DNA from: Lacrimispora sp.
GTDB taxonomy: Bacteria; Bacillota; Clostridia; Lachnospirales; Lachnospiraceae
Direction of reading: 5' to 3'
DNA: 64,000 bases
NCBI RefSeq assembly: GCF_047605665.1
Contig: NZ_JASGFH010000021.1
Span: 14,790-78,789, forward strand
Shown piece after piece: positions 1 to 9,372 of the stretch. The notes beneath the pieces were generated by a model, which was not told the DNA's origin, ran no database searches, and saw only the letters and a list, made by a program, of their open reading frames with translations. Both the position numbers and the translations under genes were made by a program. Each line of letters starts with the position of its first letter. Within the stretch, counting starts at the first letter, position 1.

Positions 1-625
1 CCGTGGTGTAATGGTTTTGATCGTGAAGTCCGTGAGGATTGACAAATTGAGAGCCTGTGGCTCCCAGCTTTAACGCCTCTTCATTCATCATCTTAGAAAA
101 GGCCTCTTCACTTCCTGCCATGTGGATGGCAATGGCCACTCCGGCATCATTGCCCGACGGAAGCATAAGACCGTATAAAAGCTGTTCCATACTCAGCTTA
201 TCTCCCGGCTTGATTCCGCACAAGGTAGCACCGGCCTCCGTGATGACGGCATCCCTGGTCACTGTGACCTCATCCGTCAAATCTCCATGCTCAAGAGCCA
301 CGAGAGCTGTCATGACCTTGGTGACGCTGGCCGGATAAAGCCGTTCAAAGGGATTCTTTGCAAACAGAACCTCTCTGTCTTTGATATCAAAAACTGCCGC
401 AGCTTCTGCTGTCACCCTGCCATCCGAAAAAGGGGTGTCTTCCGACACCACACAGAGATCGTTTGCAAAGGGCTCCGCTTTGCCGGCGGCTGTACCGGAC
501 TGGTAAAGAGCAGTCCTTTCCGAAAATTCATAGGGACTCTCCAGTTTTCCCAGACCGGCGCAGCCTGTCAGAAACAGGGAACACAAAAAGATGCACCCTG
601 TTTTTACAAAAACTTTTTTATTCAC
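1..625 (-). CDS. D-alanyl-D-alanine carboxypeptidase (peptidase S11), probable lipoprotein; 3' end runs off the window; absent from the ORF track
   Basis: Hand translation from GTG at 625 (AGAGG SD upstream): MNKKVFVKTGCIFLCSLFLTGC (lipobox)...LYPASVTKVMTAL (SxxK)...GLMLPSGNDAG (SxN)...FVNPHGL. Confidence 0.9.
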   Translation of the reverse strand, partial: MNKKVFVKTGCIFLCSLFLTGCAGLGKLESPYEFSERTALYQSGTAAGKAEPFANDLCVVSEDTPFSDGRVTAEAAAVFDIKDREVLFAKNPFERLYPASVTKVMTALVALEHGDLTDEVTVTRDAVITEAGATLCGIKPGDKLSMEQLLYGLMLPSGNDAGVAIAIHMAGSEEAFSKMMNEEALKLGATGSQFVNPHGLHDQNHYTT

Positions 626-639
626 TGAACTTACCTCTG

Positions 640-1035
640 CTATTTATACATTTCACGCCATTCAAGGTCCCCGCGCTCTAAGGACTTGATGAGAAGCTCT
701 GCTGTAGCCAGGTTGGTCGCAAGAGGGATATTGTGCATATCACACGTACTCATAATATTTACAATATCCGGTTCATGGGATTTCGGCGTCAGCGGGTCTC
801 TTAAAAAGATTACGAGATCGATTTCATTGTGCTCAATCTGAGATCCTAACTGCTGTTCTCCGCCCAGATGTCCGGCCAGATATTTGTGGACATTTAAATT
901 GGTCACCTCTTCAATCAGGCGTCCGGTTGTGCCGGTGGCGTAAAGCATATGCTTGCTTAAAATTCCTCTGTAGGCGATGCAGAAATTCTGCATCAGTTTT
1001 TTCTTTGAATCATGGGCCACTAAACCTATATTCAT
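640..1035 (-). CDS. mgsA: methylglyoxal synthase
   Basis: [41 protein letters not shown] motifs; usual position after rodA in Clostridia. Confidence 0.93.
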   Translation of the reverse strand: MNIGLVAHDSKKKLMQNFCIAYRGILSKHMLYATGTTGRLIEEVTNLNVHKYLAGHLGGEQQLGSQIEHNEIDLVIFLRDPLTPKSHEPDIVNIMSTCDMHNIPLATNLATAELLIKSLERGDLEWREMYK

Positions 1036-1052
1036 AACGATATACCTCCTTA

Positions 1053-2177
1053 TTAATTACCGATTTTGCGCTGCAGTCCAACATTCAGAACAAATCCCAT
1101 GCCAATAAAAATGCTGACAAGGGAACTGACTCCCGAACTGACAAAGGGCAGAGGGAGACCAGTATTGGGAAATATCTGTGTCGCCACTGCGATGTTGGCA
1201 AAGGCCTGAAAGCCGATTAAGGCCGCCATGCCGGTACATATCAGTCTGCCGGACATATCTTTGGCTTTTGAAGCCATATAAAGGCACTCAAATACAACCA
1301 GGCCAAAAAGAAGGATGACGATGACGCTGCCCCGGAATCCCATCTCTTCGCCGATGATGGCGAAAATAAAATCGGTTTCTCCGGCTGATAAAAAATTACC
1401 GTCTTTGACTGATGCAATAGTTGTATTAAAAAGTCCCTTGCCCTGAAGCTGTCCGGAACTGATTGCCATAATGGAGTTTTTCTGTTGATACAGGTTTTCT
1501 GCATACTGTTCTGCATGAGGATAAATCCAGGCCAGAATACGACGGGCCTGATATCCGTGAATGAATGGGATCAATCCCTTGGTCAAAAGGAATATAAAAA
1601 GTACGCCTGCCGGAATTGCCACGGCAAGAACGCCTCCGATCCATCTGTAGCTGATGCCTGCGGCGAACACCATACATAAAATAATGATGGTGACCACAAG
1701 GCTGGTGGACAAATTGGGTTCTGCAAGAATAAGACCGATGGGAACAGCCGCAAGTATGGCTGCAAGCGCTACCATAACCGGCGTATCAATCTTTTCCTCA
1801 TATTTGTTCCAGAACCAGGCAAAGAATACGATCAAGCCTATTTTTGCAAACTCAGACGGCTGTATCTGGCCGATGCCGGGAATGATGATCCATCTGGTTG
1901 CGCCTCCGGCCGTATGACCCACGACTAAAACTGCACCCAGTAAAAGGATGCAGCCGCCATAGTCCAAAGCATAAAGCCTGATTATTTTTCGATAATCGAT
2001 AATAGAAAGCCCTATGGCCAGGGCAAAGCCCACCATAACGCCTGTTATCTGTTTGTTCACTATGGTGGAATCCTGGTTGGAGGCACTTGCCACCACCAGA
2101 ATTCCGATAACGGACAACGAAAGCATGTATAAAACCAATCGGTAATTGTAGTATCTAAAATTATAGTCAGAAAACAT
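1053..2177 (-). CDS. rodA: SEDS family peptidoglycan glycosyltransferase RodA
   Basis: [44 protein letters not shown]; multi-TM; in mre/min operon. Confidence 0.9.
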   Translation of the reverse strand: MFSDYNFRYYNYRLVLYMLSLSVIGILVVASASNQDSTIVNKQITGVMVGFALAIGLSIIDYRKIIRLYALDYGGCILLLGAVLVVGHTAGGATRWIIIPGIGQIQPSEFAKIGLIVFFAWFWNKYEEKIDTPVMVALAAILAAVPIGLILAEPNLSTSLVVTIIILCMVFAAGISYRWIGGVLAVAIPAGVLFIFLLTKGLIPFIHGYQARRILAWIYPHAEQYAENLYQQKNSIMAISSGQLQGKGLFNTTIASVKDGNFLSAGETDFIFAIIGEEMGFRGSVIVILLFGLVVFECLYMASKAKDMSGRLICTGMAALIGFQAFANIAVATQIFPNTGLPLPFVSSGVSSLVSIFIGMGFVLNVGLQRKIGN

Positions 2178-2179
2178 AA

Positions 2180-2458
2180 TCAGTATATCCCCTTGTCAGG
2201 TATATCGCGAATAGGGATGTTTGCATAAAGCACCGGTGTGAAACGTTCACAATCCTCCTGCTTCTGCTTTTTCATCTGTATCTCTATTCTGTCAGAATCT
2301 ATATTTAAGTATCTTGAAACGACGCGGATCATATCGTCTTTTATCATCTGCATGATCTCAGGAGAACAATCAGCCTTGTCCGCAACCAGCAAAAGTTTCA
2401 GACGATTTCTTGCAATTTCTCCTGAATTCTTCTTACGGAATACAGGAAACAGGCTCAT
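2180..2458 (-). CDS. minE: cell division topological specificity factor MinE
   Basis: S.EIARNRLKLLLVAD, IKDDMIRVVSRY, LYANIPI; follows minD. Confidence 0.88.
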   Translation of the reverse strand: MSLFPVFRKKNSGEIARNRLKLLLVADKADCSPEIMQMIKDDMIRVVSRYLNIDSDRIEIQMKKQKQEDCERFTPVLYANIPIRDIPDKGIY

Positions 2459-2469
2459 ATTCTACCCTC

Positions 2470-3261
2470 CTATGCTCTCTTTAAGAGACTGGAGAGTTTA
2501 AAGAACAAGCCTCCACGCAGCGCGGGGGTATGAATGGGAATGCTTTCCCCCATAATCCTCCTGCAGATGTCCATATAAGCCTGTCCGGCCGGGGTACCCA
2601 TTCCTACCAGAGGCTCTCCCTGGTTGGTGGAAATGACCACATCTTCGTCATCGGGGATGGCGCCGATCATATCCACGGCAAGGATGTCCATGACATCGTC
2701 TAAGGACATCATATCTCCCCTCTTTACCATATCAGCCCGGATGCGGTTTACGACCAGTTCAATGGTTCCCATGTCAGCGGCCTCCAAAAGCCCGATGATG
2801 CGGTCTGCATCCCGGATGGCGGAAACCTCAGGTGTGGTCACCACGATGGCCCTGTCAGCGCCTGCAATGGCATTTTGAAATCCCTGTTCAATTCCTGCCG
2901 GACAGTCCAGCAGAATAAAATCAAAGTCTGCCCTCAAATCATCCACCAGCTTAACCATCTGTTCCGGATTCACGGCAGTCTTGTCCCTGGTCTGTGCCGA
3001 GGGAAGTAAAAACAGGTTCGGGTATCTTTTGTCTTTTATCAGGGCCTGCTTCATACGGCAGTTCCCTTCTGCCACGTCCACTAAATTGTAGACAATGCGG
3101 TTTTCCAGTCCCATGACAACGTCTAAGTTGCGCAGTCCGATATCGGTATCAATCAGAACTACCTTCTTACCCAGAATTGCCAGGCCGGTACCTACATTGG
3201 CAGAGGTTGTCGTCTTGCCTACCCCGCCTTTTCCAGAAGTGATTACGATGACCTCGCTCAT
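2470..3261 (-). CDS. minD: septum site-determining ATPase MinD
   Basis: SGKGGVGKTT deviant Walker A, DTDIGLRNLD, DCPAGIEQG, C-terminal amphipathic helix. Confidence 0.96.
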   Translation of the reverse strand: MSEVIVITSGKGGVGKTTTSANVGTGLAILGKKVVLIDTDIGLRNLDVVMGLENRIVYNLVDVAEGNCRMKQALIKDKRYPNLFLLPSAQTRDKTAVNPEQMVKLVDDLRADFDFILLDCPAGIEQGFQNAIAGADRAIVVTTPEVSAIRDADRIIGLLEAADMGTIELVVNRIRADMVKRGDMMSLDDVMDILAVDMIGAIPDDEDVVISTNQGEPLVGMGTPAGQAYMDICRRIMGESIPIHTPALRGGLFFKLSSLLKRA

Positions 3262-3324
3262 ATCATATCCTCCTGAAACTTGAAATTACTTGAAATTACA
3301 TTGTTAGTGCTTTCAGTCTCTATT

Positions 3325-3993
3325 CTACCTTAATTTTCGGAATATTTCCACACTTTTTTTCATTGGTTTAATAATAACTTTATTATTCTCCAGATATGCC
3401 TTCATTGGGCCGTGTCCCAGGCGCTTTCCCCGTCCGTCAAGGCCGGAGGTGCAGTCTGCGATCCGAAGCTGGATGGGGGCCATATCAAGTGCCGTAATAA
3501 GGGCTTCCCCGTTGCCTGCCACTCCCGCACACACGGTTCCGGCCAGCTTTCCAAGGACGACTACATTCCCCTTTGCCAGAACCTTTGCGCCCTTGCACAC
3601 ATCTCCGATGATGACAATGCTGGCCTCTGATTCCAGAGATTCTCCGCTTTGTAAATTTCCCTTAAAGAACTGACCCGTCTGGCAGGACAGCTCCATCAGT
3701 TTTTCATTCAGTGCTTTTTCACAGCGCAGGATACGGTTTAAATCCTTGTCCACAATGCAGACGATCTCCACATTGCAGTTTTCCGTGATCCGGTTGATCA
3801 CCGCAAATTCCTCTTCCGCTGTTAATTCTCTCCCCTCAAGGGTCAGGGTCATTTGTGCAGATCCCCAGAACTTTGCGTTATCCCCAAATTTTTTCCCTAT
3901 GTCAGAAAGAAGCTGAGGGAAAGGGATGTCCGGATCCAGGATGACAGTCATACCTGCTCGGTTGCTTTTAATCACTACGGTATTTTGCATCAT
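3325..3993 (-). CDS. minC: septum site-determining protein MinC
   Basis: GNLQSGESL, IIGDVCKGAKVLAKGNVVVLGKLAGTVCAG, PIQLRIAD beta-helix domain. Confidence 0.9.
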   Translation of the reverse strand: MMQNTVVIKSNRAGMTVILDPDIPFPQLLSDIGKKFGDNAKFWGSAQMTLTLEGRELTAEEEFAVINRITENCNVEIVCIVDKDLNRILRCEKALNEKLMELSCQTGQFFKGNLQSGESLESEASIVIIGDVCKGAKVLAKGNVVVLGKLAGTVCAGVAGNGEALITALDMAPIQLRIADCTSGLDGRGKRLGHGPMKAYLENNKVIIKPMKKSVEIFRKLR

Positions 3994-4011
3994 ATCACCT
4001 CTTAATCCTAG

Positions 4012-6900
4012 TTAATCACGAATATTGACCTGTGCTGCATCCAGGGCGCCTGCGTTTACAATGGATTCCAAGTCTGTATATCCATAATAATATTTATAGA
4101 CGTTCTTCGCAATGTTGGCGGCGTTGGAGGATGAATATCCAAAAGGAATATTCACTGTAACACAGATTTCCGGATCATTATACGGCGCAAAAGAAATGAA
4201 AAATGCGTGGTTCGGCTTGTTTCTGGCCTCCTGGGCAGTACCCGTTTTTCCGGCAATTTCCACTTCAAGGTCTGCAAACAGCCTTTTTGAGGAACCGTTT
4301 GTTATCACCTCTCTCATCCCCTGTTGTACAGTATCCCACGTTAAGCCCGCCGCGTCAATATGAGAAGAAATCTCAGGGGTATAATCTTTAATCAGATTAC
4401 CTTCAGAATCCGTTGTTTTATCCAATAAACTGAGTTCAAACACGGTTCCCCTGTTTGCAAGAGCCGCCACATATCTGGAAAGCTGAACATTGGTGTAAGC
4501 GTGGCTTCCCTGTCCCATGGTGGAACGCTCCGGGTCCTCCTTGGATATCTGAGGCTCCAGCTCTGCTATTTCCACTCCGGACTTGTGGTCCAGCCCGAAT
4601 TTGGAGGCGTATTCTCTTAAGACCTCAAGACCCGCATCCGGGGAATAATTCCCGGCAGCATCCGTAGAAAGGCGGTGTCCTAAATCGGCAAAAAAGACGT
4701 TGCAGGAATGCGCAATTCCTCCTGCCAGATTTAATGGCCCGTGATATCCGGGATAAATCCAGCACTTGATAGGCAGGGCTATCTCATCATACTCACCGGT
4801 ACAGTTGATGGTTTCTTCCGTGTTGACCGCATGTTCCTCCAGAGCCGCCACGGCGGTGATGGGCTTAAAGGTAGAACCCGGCGCCTTTCTGGTCTGGGTC
4901 GCATTGTTATATAAAGGCAGGGATAAATCTGCCTGAAGCTGGCTGAAATAAGTGCCATCCCCGATCCGGTTGTTGTCATATCCCGGATAGGAAACAAGGG
5001 CGAGAACCTCTCCCGTCTTGTCATTGGTGACAACCACGCCCGCATTGCTGGGAGATAAGGCCAACTGGGCCGGGGTGATTTCCAGGGTGGAAAGTTTTTT
5101 CAGCAGGAAGGAATAAGCGTCACCGGAGGCCCGAAGCTCTGCGGCATCCTGCCCCTTGTCCACCAGGACTCCCTGATCGTATAAGGCGAGGCAAAGCTCC
5201 TGCCCAGTGACCACGTCGTCATTAATCAGGTAGCGGTAGATTCTCTTGGTAAAATTACGGTCTTCTCTCAGGCTTTCCAGGGTATAGCTGGTCAGAGCCT
5301 CAAAAGTGTCGTCCGCATTGGAATACTTGGCTCCTGTTTCCAGTTTGGTGGTGTCCACCCAGCCGTTTGCAATTCCGTAATATAAATAGTTTCTCAAACT
5401 GATTTCATCGGCTTTCCATGCCTGATATTCCTGGCTGGAGGTATCGATGGCATCTTCTTTGATGATTCCCACCGTAGGCCCTGCAAGATAAGCGTAAATA
5501 TAAAACATATAAGCCTTCATATCCTCCGGCAGATCCTTCATGGCTGTAGCGTGAGGGCTCATCAGTTCATTGGTGAGATTGGTAAAAATCTTTTCCTGGG
5601 AGGACATATATTTGCGGTATATCTCTTTCTCTGTTTCAGAAGCGTCCTCTTCCTCAATTCCTTTTAAGGAAAGCACATTGTTGTTGATCAACTGATAATA
5701 GGCGTCCTTGACAGGTATCTTCATGTTGGAACCGTCTGTCGTGCTTCCTGCCTCATAATCTCCGTTGACAATGGTCTTTATGAGAACTCCGGCCAAAGAC
5801 TGCTCAATCAAATGGTAAATACCCTTCTGAAGGTCCGCATCCATGGTCAAATATACGTCATGGCCGGCAGAAGAATCGGTCTCATCCTTTGTTTCCCGGA
5901 TTCGGCCCATGCTGTCCTTATAAATGGTCTTTTTCCCTTTTGTTCCCTGAAGGTCCTGTTCCATGGTGTATTCAATGCCTGTCCGGCCTACGATATCATT
6001 GATATCATAGTCGGATTTCTTCTGCTGAAGCTCCTCTAACTGGTCCTCAGGCACCTTTCCCGTATAGCCGATGACAGGGGCAAAGGGAATGCTGTCATTA
6101 TAGGCCCGGATGGTGGTCTCTTCCACATTGACGCCCTGTAAATCACCGGTATGCTCTAAAATATCGGCAACGGTTTCATCGGAAACCTGGGTCGCCACAG
6201 TGGTTGATTCGTATTTTCGAAAGGACATGAGACGAAGGGCATACTTGATATTGATGATATCAAGTGCCTCCTGGTCTGTGAGAGAAACCGGATTTCCCTC
6301 TTCATCCTTTAACTTGTCAAAGCCATTATCTTTATATGCTTTCTGGAATAATTCTCTGGCGCTTAGATTGGAAGGATACTGCCCTTTTTCATCATCTAAG
6401 TCTTCCACCTTTTTCACGCCGTAATAGTCCCGGAGAAAACGTTTTCTTGAAGTTTCCGAGGAGGAGGTATAAACCATATCCCCATTGGAATCCAGGGATA
6501 CTTCAAACTTCCCCTGAATTTTTTCTCCGTGCTTTTGAAGAATTTTCACCAGCCTCAAATACATCCTGTTTTTTTCTTCCGCCTTTTTATAGGCACCTGT
6601 ATCCTGTACGGTCACGGAATAAGCCAGCTTGTTGTAAGCCAGAAGCTTTCCGTTGCGGTCGTAAATATTGCCCCTCGTTCCGGCAGTTGTGATGGTCTGC
6701 TCCGTGATCTGCATATATTCGTTAAGAGCTTCCTCCCCATGAATGATCTGCATGTCAAAAAGAGTGCTCACTAATCCTGCATACATGGCAAAACAAATGC
6801 TCCCAAGTACAAAAAGCCTGGAAGAAATTGCTTTCTTTAAAAATTCTGTCAGTGTATCTAATAAATCTCTAAACAATGGAAGAATCACCTCTTTTTTCAA
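4012..6900 (-). CDS. mrdA: class B penicillin-binding protein (PBP2/MrdA-like) with large internal insertion; TTG start
   Basis: N-terminal TM, GTRGNIYDRNG, PGSTFK (SxxK), SCN (SxN), AGKTGT (KTG); between mreD and minC. Confidence 0.85.
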   Translation of the reverse strand: MKKEVILPLFRDLLDTLTEFLKKAISSRLFVLGSICFAMYAGLVSTLFDMQIIHGEEALNEYMQITEQTITTAGTRGNIYDRNGKLLAYNKLAYSVTVQDTGAYKKAEEKNRMYLRLVKILQKHGEKIQGKFEVSLDSNGDMVYTSSSETSRKRFLRDYYGVKKVEDLDDEKGQYPSNLSARELFQKAYKDNGFDKLKDEEGNPVSLTDQEALDIINIKYALRLMSFRKYESTTVATQVSDETVADILEHTGDLQGVNVEETTIRAYNDSIPFAPVIGYTGKVPEDQLEELQQKKSDYDINDIVGRTGIEYTMEQDLQGTKGKKTIYKDSMGRIRETKDETDSSAGHDVYLTMDADLQKGIYHLIEQSLAGVLIKTIVNGDYEAGSTTDGSNMKIPVKDAYYQLINNNVLSLKGIEEEDASETEKEIYRKYMSSQEKIFTNLTNELMSPHATAMKDLPEDMKAYMFYIYAYLAGPTVGIIKEDAIDTSSQEYQAWKADEISLRNYLYYGIANGWVDTTKLETGAKYSNADDTFEALTSYTLESLREDRNFTKRIYRYLINDDVVTGQELCLALYDQGVLVDKGQDAAELRASGDAYSFLLKKLSTLEITPAQLALSPSNAGVVVTNDKTGEVLALVSYPGYDNNRIGDGTYFSQLQADLSLPLYNNATQTRKAPGSTFKPITAVAALEEHAVNTEETINCTGEYDEIALPIKCWIYPGYHGPLNLAGGIAHSCNVFFADLGHRLSTDAAGNYSPDAGLEVLREYASKFGLDHKSGVEIAELEPQISKEDPERSTMGQGSHAYTNVQLSRYVAALANRGTVFELSLLDKTTDSEGNLIKDYTPEISSHIDAAGLTWDTVQQGMREVITNGSSKRLFADLEVEIAGKTGTAQEARNKPNHAFFISFAPYNDPEICVTVNIPFGYSSSNAANIAKNVYKYYYGYTDLESIVNAGALDAAQVNIRD

Positions 6901-7387
6901 TTTCCTCCAGCCGGCGGTTTAAGATCAGGAAGAGACGGTAAAAAAGCAGGGTCGTCACAACCGTAAAAATGATCTCAGGCAGCACCAGGTTGGTGAAATA
7001 ATATCCGATCCGGACCTTTTGACGGATCAGGAACCGGAAAACATAGATATACATGTTATATGCCAGCTCATTTAATATGCTTAAAATCAGGGGCAGAGTG
7101 ATATAGTCCTCGTAATAATATTTCCGGAAAATACCGTTGATATAGCCCACATGGACAAAGATCAGGGTATAAAAACCAAAGGGACCGCTATAGAACAAAT
7201 CCATCATAAGCCCTGATATGAGTCCGTAGTACATCCCCGCTTCTGTTCCATAGATGAAGCCAAAGGAAAAGGTCAGGATCAAAAGCAGGTTGGGAGCAGC
7301 CGATAAAAACGGCAAAAGGGGAAATATGCAGTTTTGAATGGTAAATGCCAGAAGAATCAGCAATACGTTAATAAAAATCCGTCTCAT
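6869..7387 (-). CDS. mreD: rod shape-determining protein MreD
   Basis: Hydrophobic 172 aa, APNLLLILT, GLMMDLFY; directly after mreC. Confidence 0.9.
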   Translation of the reverse strand: MRRIFINVLLILLAFTIQNCIFPLLPFLSAAPNLLLILTFSFGFIYGTEAGMYYGLISGLMMDLFYSGPFGFYTLIFVHVGYINGIFRKYYYEDYITLPLILSILNELAYNMYIYVFRFLIRQKVRIGYYFTNLVLPEIIFTVVTTLLFYRLFLILNRRLEEIEKRGDSSIV

Positions 7388-7402
7388 TTTTCTCCTTTTT
7401 TA

Positions 7403-8302
7403 TTATTGGGAAGCGCTCTCTTCTTCAGAAGTCGTCTCTTCCTCCGGTGCCCGGGAAGGCTCTTCTTCCTTCATCATATCAGCCTTAAGCTCTGTAATGA
7501 CCAGAACCTCCTGCAGGCTGTCAAACTCTGCCGCCGGAATTAAATATCCTGATTTGGTCACATTGTTGGTATCGTTTGTCACATCAGCGGCATAGCCGAT
7601 CAAAATCCCCGGAAGAAACACGGAGCTGATGTTGGAAGTCACGATCTTGTCACCGTCTTTTAAATCGCTTTCCTTTAATACATTGGTGATTCTGAGCCTG
7701 CCTTCCTTAAACAGAGTCAAATCTCCGGCCACGATACAACTGTCACCGGACTGCATGGCCATTCCGCTGACCCTGCTGGAATCGTCAATAATGGAGCGGA
7801 CCGTGGCATAATTGGCCCCCACATCCGTCACAAGGCCCACCAGACCGCCTCCGGCCACCACATTCATGTCCACGGCAATTCCGTCCTTGGAGCCTTTGTC
7901 GATACGAAAGACCTGGAACCAGTTGCTGGAGTCATTGGCAATGACCCTTGCCCCCACCTTTTCATACTGGCCGTATTCCTGATCCAGGCTGTAAAGCTGG
8001 CGGAGCCGCTTCAATTCGAATTCCTCAGCCTGAAGCTTGGTGTTCTGCTCCGTAAGCTGGGTGATGATCTCTTTCATCTCTTTATTTTCATTTAACGCAT
8101 CCCGCAGCTTCGTATAGTCCACGATCTGGTCGTAAAGAGACGACCCTACCGCATTGACTCCTGACTGCACCGGAATCAGAAAATAGCCGACTCCGGTCCG
8201 AAGAGGCGTCAGCCATTCATCCCGAATGGAGGTCAGCCCGATCAGCAGGACACAAAATACTGTTAAAGCGATAAGAACATATTTGCTGCGCTTTGATTCC
8301 AT
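7403..8302 (-). CDS. mreC: rod shape-determining protein MreC
   Basis: N-terminal TM + coiled coil, IDKGSKDGI, GLVGLV, GDKIVTSN, FLPGILIG, FDSLQEVLVI. Confidence 0.92.
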   Translation of the reverse strand: MESKRSKYVLIALTVFCVLLIGLTSIRDEWLTPLRTGVGYFLIPVQSGVNAVGSSLYDQIVDYTKLRDALNENKEMKEIITQLTEQNTKLQAEEFELKRLRQLYSLDQEYGQYEKVGARVIANDSSNWFQVFRIDKGSKDGIAVDMNVVAGGGLVGLVTDVGANYATVRSIIDDSSRVSGMAMQSGDSCIVAGDLTLFKEGRLRITNVLKESDLKDGDKIVTSNISSVFLPGILIGYAADVTNDTNNVTKSGYLIPAAEFDSLQEVLVITELKADMMKEEEPSRAPEEETTSEEESASQ

Positions 8303-8998
8303 CTATAAAATTCCCCGTTCCTTCAAACTGATATAGGAATTGTCTCCTATGATAATGTGATCCAGCAGCCGGATTCCCATTAACTCCCCGGCTTCCTTTA
8401 CCCGCCTGGTGAGGTCGATATCCGCTTTGCTGGGAGAGGGATCTCCGCTGGGATGGTTGTGTACCATCACCAGACTCACAGCATGGTATCTGGCCGCTTC
8501 AATAAATATCTCCCTGGGAGAAACCACCGAAGCATTTACCGTGCCCTGGGAAATTAAAACCTCCCTGATTAAAGCTCCTTTTGTGTCGAGAAGGAGAATA
8601 AAAACCTGCTCCTGCTCTTTATGGCGCATGTCTTCCATGAAATAATTGACGATTTCAAGGGGATTGTGAAAAGAAATTGTCCCTGAAAGAGCATTTCTCT
8701 TCCAGATGCGCCGGGAAAGCTCTCCGATGCACATAAGCTGTGCGCCCTTGACCCTTCCGATTCCCTTAACAGCCATAAGCTCCGGTATGGAAAGGTGCAA
8801 AAGCCCTAAAATACCCTCTTTCGGATAATTTAAGGCCAGTATCTTTTGTGACAGAGCCAGGGAACTGTCCTCCCTGGAACCGGTGCGGATAATAATGGAT
8901 AAAAGCTCCGCATCGCTCAAAGCCTCCGGCCCATCCGTCAAGCATTTTTCATAGGGCCTTTCCTGTGCCGGAATGTGTTTCATTGTTATACGTTCCAT
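8303..8998 (-). CDS. radC: RadC family JAB-domain protein (start moved to 8998)
   Basis: ERPYEK, LSDAELL, GIGRVK HhH, HNHPSGDPSPSKAD, LLDHIII; GGAGG SD at 9002-9006. Confidence 0.93.
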   Translation of the reverse strand: MERITMKHIPAQERPYEKCLTDGPEALSDAELLSIIIRTGSREDSSLALSQKILALNYPKEGILGLLHLSIPELMAVKGIGRVKGAQLMCIGELSRRIWKRNALSGTISFHNPLEIVNYFMEDMRHKEQEQVFILLLDTKGALIREVLISQGTVNASVVSPREIFIEAARYHAVSLVMVHNHPSGDPSPSKADIDLTRRVKEAGELMGIRLLDHIIIGDNSYISLKERGIL

Positions 8999-9052
8999 AT
9001 GCCTCCTGACCGTTACTCTCCAGGTACGAAAAAAAGACATACGTCTCAATCC

Positions 9053-9304
9053 TTAAATAAACCGATATGTGATGAGGGCTGCTGCCACTCCTATGATGCC
9101 TGCCATGGTTATTTTGATGTTGATCCCAAAGGTAATGACCAGGATACCTAAATTGACCACCAGCGGGGTGTCAAATCCAAAGGACTGTCCTGCATTCAGC
9201 CAGGACAGCCAGGATATCCCCTTGGCCAGATCTCCGATAAATCCTCCTAAGACAACACCGGCAAGCATGAGAAGAAGCAGTACCCAGCAGTTTTTGTATT
9301 TCAT
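9053..9304 (-). CDS. DUF4321 family small membrane protein (start moved to MKYKN)
   Basis: WLSWLN.G.SFG...DLG-like pattern, hydrophobic; AAGGGG SD; typical position before (maf-)radC. Confidence 0.7.
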   Translation of the reverse strand: MKYKNCWVLLLLMLAGVVLGGFIGDLAKGISWLSWLNAGQSFGFDTPLVVNLGILVITFGINIKITMAGIIGVAAALITYRFI

Positions 9305-9326
9305 CTGCTCTGCTACCCCTTTTGAT

Positions 9327-9355
9327 ATTATGGCAGAAATTTCTATGCCTATCAA
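9327..9355 (-). promoter_or_regulatory. putative sigma-A promoter of the DUF4321-radC-mreCD-pbp-min operon
   Basis: TTGATA-17 bp-CATAAT on minus strand. Confidence 0.55.
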
Positions 9356-9372
9356 AATATTTTAGCATATAT

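Noticed and set aside
3275-3300. Tandem ACTTGAAATT x2 between minC and minD
   Set aside because: Two copies of an AT-rich 10-mer; most likely slippage, with no supporting context.
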